DNA of 64,000 nucleotides from Patescibacteria group bacterium (GTDB lineage Bacteria; Patescibacteriota; Microgenomatia; UBA1400; PJMF01): NCBI GenBank assembly GCA_039934415.1, contig JBDTME010000001.1, positions 49,496 to 113,495 of the forward strand, read 5' to 3'. Shown piece by piece: positions 59,742 to 64,000 of this stretch (position 1 is its first letter; each line of letters starts with the position of its first letter). The notes under the pieces were generated by a model. It saw only the letters and a program-made list of their open reading frames with translations, ran no database searches and was not told where the DNA came from. The position numbers and the translations under genes were made by a program.

Positions 59742-60818
59742 TTAAATGACAGCGAGCCAAACGCCAAACAGCATTAGAATGAGTGAAGCAATCCACATTC
59801 GTTGAACAATCTTTGGTTCTTCCCAACCTTTCAATTGCAACCACAAATGGAGAGGTGAGACTGGAAAGATTTTTTTGTGACGAAATCTCTTAGATAAAAG
59901 TTGCAACATCGAGCTTAAGATTTCTATTACAAAGATACCGCCAATGACACTGACGGCCACAATCTTGCCCAAAAGTAAACCAATCACTGCGAGTGTTGCC
60001 CCAAATGCTAAAGCACCAACATCGCCCATCCATAGACGAGCAGGAAAGATATTAAAGTATAAGAAAGCGATGAGCGATCCAATCCAGAGAGCAATGAAAA
60101 GTGATAAAGGAGTGTCTAGAATTGAGTTTGATAAAAACCATAGACCGAATAACGAAATCATCAAAATACCTGAAGATAGTCCATCTAATCCATCGGTAAT
60201 ATTTACAGCATTTGCAAACGAAACAATCGTGAAAGCGGCGAAGGGGATATAGAGCAGATTTAAATATGTGATGCCAAAAAAAGGAATGTAAATGAAATTA
60301 ATACCCAGTTGAAAATAGAGCACGGCAGCGATTACGAATGCAAGCGCCCATTGTATGATGAATTTATGTTTTAACTTCATTCCAAAAAAAGCTTCTTTTT
60401 GAAAGCCAAAAAACTTTTTGATGTCATCATAAATGCCAAGTAAACCGAAAGACAAAAAGGTGAAAAAAAGCAAATTCACTTCTGTACTAATGGGATACAC
60501 ATGAGTAATTTTGATACCCATGACGTTTAAAATTGGAAGCAACACTGAAAAAAGCACAGAGACTACAAAGATGACGAGTAATCCTCCACCAACAGGAACA
60601 CCAAGTTTCTTTTTTATATTATGGAAATTATTGAAAATAGGTGTGCTTTTACCAAAGGCATCTTTTGTGTTCTGTTTCCGACGTTGAAACTTTAATCGAT
60701 ATAACGTATCAATGAACGGAATAATCAATATCGATGTGATGAAAAAAGAAAAAATGAGTATGCCTAAAAAAAGATCCATATGTAATACGATTCTATATTG
60801 TAATGTGTACCCAAACAA
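59742..60818 (-). CDS. mraY: Phospho-N-acetylmuramoyl-pentapeptide transferase
   Basis: 10-TM protein with NAVNITDGLDGL Asp-rich motif. Confidence 0.9.
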   Translation of the reverse strand: MFGYTLQYRIVLHMDLFLGILIFSFFITSILIIPFIDTLYRLKFQRRKQNTKDAFGKSTPIFNNFHNIKKKLGVPVGGGLLVIFVVSVLFSVLLPILNVMGIKITHVYPISTEVNLLFFTFLSFGLLGIYDDIKKFFGFQKEAFFGMKLKHKFIIQWALAFVIAAVLYFQLGINFIYIPFFGITYLNLLYIPFAAFTIVSFANAVNITDGLDGLSSGILMISLFGLWFLSNSILDTPLSLFIALWIGSLIAFLYFNIFPARLWMGDVGALAFGATLAVIGLLLGKIVAVSVIGGIFVIEILSSMLQLLSKRFRHKKIFPVSPLHLWLQLKGWEEPKIVQRMWIASLILMLFGVWLAVI

Positions 60819-60854
60819 CTCACACCGGATTCAATTTTAATCTAAAACACTAGG

Positions 60855-62174
60855 TTATGCTATCCGCTGAATTTTGGCACCCATGCTTCTCAATCTTTCT
60901 TCGAGTTTTTCGTAGCCTCGATCAACAAGTTCTACCCCATCGATCTGAGAGATACCTTGCGCTGTTAACGCTGCCAAGATTAGAGTAGCTCCGTGTCTGA
61001 GATCGAGAACCTTAAAGTGACCCGCTTTAAGTTGTGTGGGTCCAGTAATCTCAATGGCATGAAAATAATCTGGGTGATCGTCCTTGATATTGAAGTTGTA
61101 GGTTTTTTCAGGGTGAGTTACCTCTGGATTGAATAAGCGAATCTTGGCACCCATTTCAATAAGCGCATCAACATATTGAAACCGATTTTGCATGATTGTT
61201 TCATGAATGATACTTTTACCATGACATTGGGTAGCTAGAGTTGCCCATAGTGGTTGCCAGTCTGTCATAAATCCAGGCTCAATTTCTGTTACGACATCAG
61301 CTGCACGTAAATCATTTTTATAATAAAAACGGATGCCATATTGACCAACTTCGTATCCGGCACCAACTTCGTCAAGTTTGTCTAGCAATGCTTTTAAATC
61401 TTGAGCTCGGGCATTCTCAATAATGACATCACCTTTACTTGCGATAGCACCACAAGCAAAGCTCACCGCTTCATTTCTGTCAGGCATGATTTTGTGGATG
61501 GCTCCGTGCAATTTCTCAACACCCTCGATTTCTATCACGCGTTGTGCTCTTCGGCGAATTTGCGCTCCCATACTATTTAAGAACATGATCAAATCATCAA
61601 TTTCTGGTTCTTCTGCTGCGTTTTCCAAAATGGTTGTACCTTTCGCTTTTACGGCAGCCATGATGAGAGTTTCAGTACCGGTGTGAGTGTTTTTTTCAAA
61701 ACGATAGGTCATTCCCTTTAATTCTTTTGCAGTGCACAGGAACATATTCTCTTTTTGTTCAATGTGAATACCTAGTTTTTGTAAACCTTCGAAGTGTCGC
61801 TCCAGTGGGCGTTTACCAATTTGATCACCACCTGGTGCTGGTACTAATGCCTGCCCAAAACGAGCCACGAGTGGACCGATGAACATAGTGGAAAACCTGC
61901 CCTGAGCGCCTTGGGATGAATCTATAGTGTAACTGCTGAGTTGTGTGGGATCTATAAAGAGTGCTCGCTCCCCTGCCACACGAACGCTACCCCCTAACTC
62001 TTCGATAATATTTTTGACTACTTCGACGTCGCTTATGTGCGAGAAGTTAAGCAGTCGGGATTCTGAATCTGCAAGCAACGCAGCAATCATGAGTTTGAAA
62101 GAAGCATTTTTTGCTCCTCCAATTCGAACTGAGCCATAGAGTGGTATTCCGCCTTCGACCAAGAATGATGACAT
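60855..62174 (-). CDS. murA: UDP-N-acetylglucosamine 1-carboxyvinyltransferase (Asp at the catalytic Cys position)
   Basis: N-terminal GGxxLxGxVxIxGAKN. The catalytic loop reads PAPGGDQIGKRPLERH, with Asp where E. coli has Cys115. Confidence 0.9.
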   Translation of the reverse strand: MSSFLVEGGIPLYGSVRIGGAKNASFKLMIAALLADSESRLLNFSHISDVEVVKNIIEELGGSVRVAGERALFIDPTQLSSYTIDSSQGAQGRFSTMFIGPLVARFGQALVPAPGGDQIGKRPLERHFEGLQKLGIHIEQKENMFLCTAKELKGMTYRFEKNTHTGTETLIMAAVKAKGTTILENAAEEPEIDDLIMFLNSMGAQIRRRAQRVIEIEGVEKLHGAIHKIMPDRNEAVSFACGAIASKGDVIIENARAQDLKALLDKLDEVGAGYEVGQYGIRFYYKNDLRAADVVTEIEPGFMTDWQPLWATLATQCHGKSIIHETIMQNRFQYVDALIEMGAKIRLFNPEVTHPEKTYNFNIKDDHPDYFHAIEITGPTQLKAGHFKVLDLRHGATLILAALTAQGISQIDGVELVDRGYEKLEERLRSMGAKIQRIA

Positions 62175-62182
62175 AGATTCCT

Positions 62183-63253
62183 TTACTGCAAAAATGCTAA
62201 CTCTTGTTGAGTAAATCCCTTGAAAAATATCTCTGGTGTGATCTTCAAACCGGTTTTGTCTTTTATTTCGGTTATGACAATCTTTATGATTTCTAAGTAA
62301 TCTTGAGCAGTGGCCTTGCCTTTGTTTTCGATAAATGCTGCGTGTTTTTCAGAAATCTGAGCATCCCCGATTCGAAAACCTTTTTTATTCAAAACATTAT
62401 CGACGATATAACCTACACTTGGTGTCGGATACTTTAGATGTGATTGATCTTCCTTAGAAATATTTTGAAAAACACAGCCTAACGAGTTCTGAGGCTGATT
62501 TTTCTTTTGGACTGCCCACTTTGAGACTACTTGCTTGGCTTTTTCTACATCGCCTTTGAACAATGAAAAAGTTGCAGAAATAATAATTTCTTCTGAGTGG
62601 TGAAAGCGAGAGCTGTCATATCCAAACTCAAGTTCTGATGCTTCCAACACTCTTGTTTGACCAGTTTTATCAATCACTTTCGCGGATACAATATACTCAC
62701 TCATAAAGTGAGTTCCACCATGAATGTTATTAAAAATTGCACCTCCGATAGTTGCTGGAATGCGTGAAAACCATTGCAGTCCAGTAATGTTTTGTTGAAG
62801 TAATGCTGTGATAGCAAACGGAAGTGGCACACCTGCTTCTATTTCAACTTGAACCCGAGGTTGGTCCACCTCAGAATAATCGAGTTCATCAAATTCAGGA
62901 TACTCGTCAGTGTGTGTGTCACCGTGTTGCCAACGTGCTTCCACAGTTGTGTTTATATCTGAAGAAACTAAATCGCCTTCGACTGAGATTTCCTGAGTTG
63001 AGTATTTGACGACTAATCCACGAATTCCACGATCTGCGATGAGAGTATTCGCTCCCCAGCCGATTACAGTAAATGGAAAATTTTCTTTTTGACAGAAAGT
63101 GACTAATTCGACAAATGTCTTACGATTTTTTATTTCACAAAAAAATTCTGCTGGTCCCCCAATTTTAACGGTAGTTAATGGAGCGAGAGAGTACTCAGCG
63201 TGAAACTGAATATTAGGAAAGGCTTGCTGAAGTGTAGCCAAAAAAGTTCCCAT
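62183..63253 (-). CDS. murB: UDP-N-acetylenolpyruvoylglucosamine reductase (with ~50 aa acidic insertion)
   Basis: FAD-binding PCMH region TVKIGGPAEFF...VIGWGANTL and C-terminal MurB domain. Confidence 0.85.
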   Translation of the reverse strand: MGTFLATLQQAFPNIQFHAEYSLAPLTTVKIGGPAEFFCEIKNRKTFVELVTFCQKENFPFTVIGWGANTLIADRGIRGLVVKYSTQEISVEGDLVSSDINTTVEARWQHGDTHTDEYPEFDELDYSEVDQPRVQVEIEAGVPLPFAITALLQQNITGLQWFSRIPATIGGAIFNNIHGGTHFMSEYIVSAKVIDKTGQTRVLEASELEFGYDSSRFHHSEEIIISATFSLFKGDVEKAKQVVSKWAVQKKNQPQNSLGCVFQNISKEDQSHLKYPTPSVGYIVDNVLNKKGFRIGDAQISEKHAAFIENKGKATAQDYLEIIKIVITEIKDKTGLKITPEIFFKGFTQQELAFLQ

Positions 63254-63258
63254 AGAAG

Positions 63259-64000
63259 TTACTGTATTTTATCATGGACTTGATAAATATCGCCCGCACC
63301 TAGAGTGATGGCTACGCTGCCTGGTTTCAATTGAGTAAAAAATGTGCTCAAATCGTTCGTTGATTCCAAGAGTGTCACGTCCAGCGTAGGAAATTCTTTT
63401 TTTATAGCTTCGAATAGAACCTTTGAACTCATGCTCGGATCGTCTTGCTCTCGAGCTGAGGCGAAGATTGGTAATAAAACTAGATGTTGAGCAGTACCGA
63501 GTTCTTTCACGAACTCCTTAAACAGAGCTTTTGTACGAGAAAAGGTATGGGGTTGAAAAGCGATATACACTTCAGACTCTGGGTACATCGATTGGATAGT
63601 TTGAATCATTGTTCCGACTTCTCGAGGATGATGCGCATAATCATCGTAGAATAGTACTCCGTGTTTCTCTCCAATGTATTCAAAGCGGCGAGCGGTCGAG
63701 TGAAACTCTGAAAGTGTGAGCGCTGCCGTCTGTATATCCACTCCGGCGACTTCGAGCGCGAGCAATGCTGCTGCTGCGTTCATGACATTATGTTTACCGG
63801 CAAGGGACATTTGTAAAAGAACTTTTTTATTTTTTCTGACGATTTCAGAATTTGAAATCTGACCTTCAGTTTCTACTGAAGTTATTTGAAAATTGGTCCC
63901 GATAGTAACTCCGTATGTCAGTGCGACGAGGTCATCTCGTTCTAGCAATACCTCATCGGTGAGCGCTACGAGTACTGGTTGATCCCCATTGATAATTAAG
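63259..64000 (-). CDS. murC: UDP-N-acetylmuramate--L-alanine ligase, partial (N-terminus beyond right edge)
   Basis: Mur ligase central and C-terminal domains (DDYAHHPRE...). The reading frame stays open through the window edge. Confidence 0.85.
   Translation of the reverse strand, partial: LIINGDQPVLVALTDEVLLERDDLVALTYGVTIGTNFQITSVETEGQISNSEIVRKNKKVLLQMSLAGKHNVMNAAAALLALEVAGVDIQTAALTLSEFHSTARRFEYIGEKHGVLFYDDYAHHPREVGTMIQTIQSMYPESEVYIAFQPHTFSRTKALFKEFVKELGTAQHLVLLPIFASAREQDDPSMSSKVLFEAIKKEFPTLDVTLLESTNDLSTFFTQLKPGSVAITLGAGDIYQVHDKIQ

Overview
This 64 kb window appears to be a chromosomal segment of a small, AT-rich bacterium. The flanking housekeeping genes are about 40-43% GC by eye. The standard genetic code applies: TGA ends murG, TAG ends atpA and ftsZ. 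Almost every long ORF is a recognisable housekeeping gene. No transposase, integrase, CRISPR array or rRNA gene was found.

Gene content, left to right:
- An F1Fo ATP synthase operon on the minus strand (atpB-E-F-H-A-G, with atpG running off the left edge), followed by a membrane protein with a LytR_C domain.
- A lower-GC block of five uncharacterised genes, including a C39-like cysteine peptidase, ending at a tRNA-Glu.
- yraN-rplS, rpmE-prfA, a C-terminal processing protease (S41), and tgt/queA.
- A 15 kb co-directional minus-strand array: pterin dehydratase, tsf, rpsB, folD, nfo, glyA, a PRTase, pyrG, dnaE, and gatC-gatA-NUDIX-gatB.
- An ABC-2 exporter pair, htpX-lemA, and a Y-family polymerase with a small coupled ORF, PolX and tRNA-Asp.
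- A LysM protein, tRNA-Thr and tRNA-Gly, and a low-GC envelope glycosylation cluster (O-antigen-ligase-like, GT2, GT39-like, Wzx flippase).
- lepB, parB, rplU-methyltransferase-rpmA, rodA, and ileS preceded by a T-box leader.
- A dcw cluster running off the right edge: ftsZ-ftsA-ftsQ-murG-ftsW-murD-mraY-murA-murB-murC.

The most notable non-obvious features are:
- A T-box-like attenuator upstream of a eukaryote-type IleRS.
- A roughly 4.6 kb low-GC islet of unknown genes abutting tRNA-Glu.
- An ATP synthase delta subunit reduced to its C-terminal approximately 70 aa.
- A PolX/PolY repair cassette downstream of tRNA-Asp.
- A MurA with Asp in place of the catalytic Cys.
- A THUMP-type methyltransferase between rplU and rpmA.

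The reduced, CPR/Patescibacteria-like gene style is an inference only. Nothing here amounts to a clearly demonstrated undescribed system. The hypothetical-gene islet and the LytR_C protein are the best candidates for something new.
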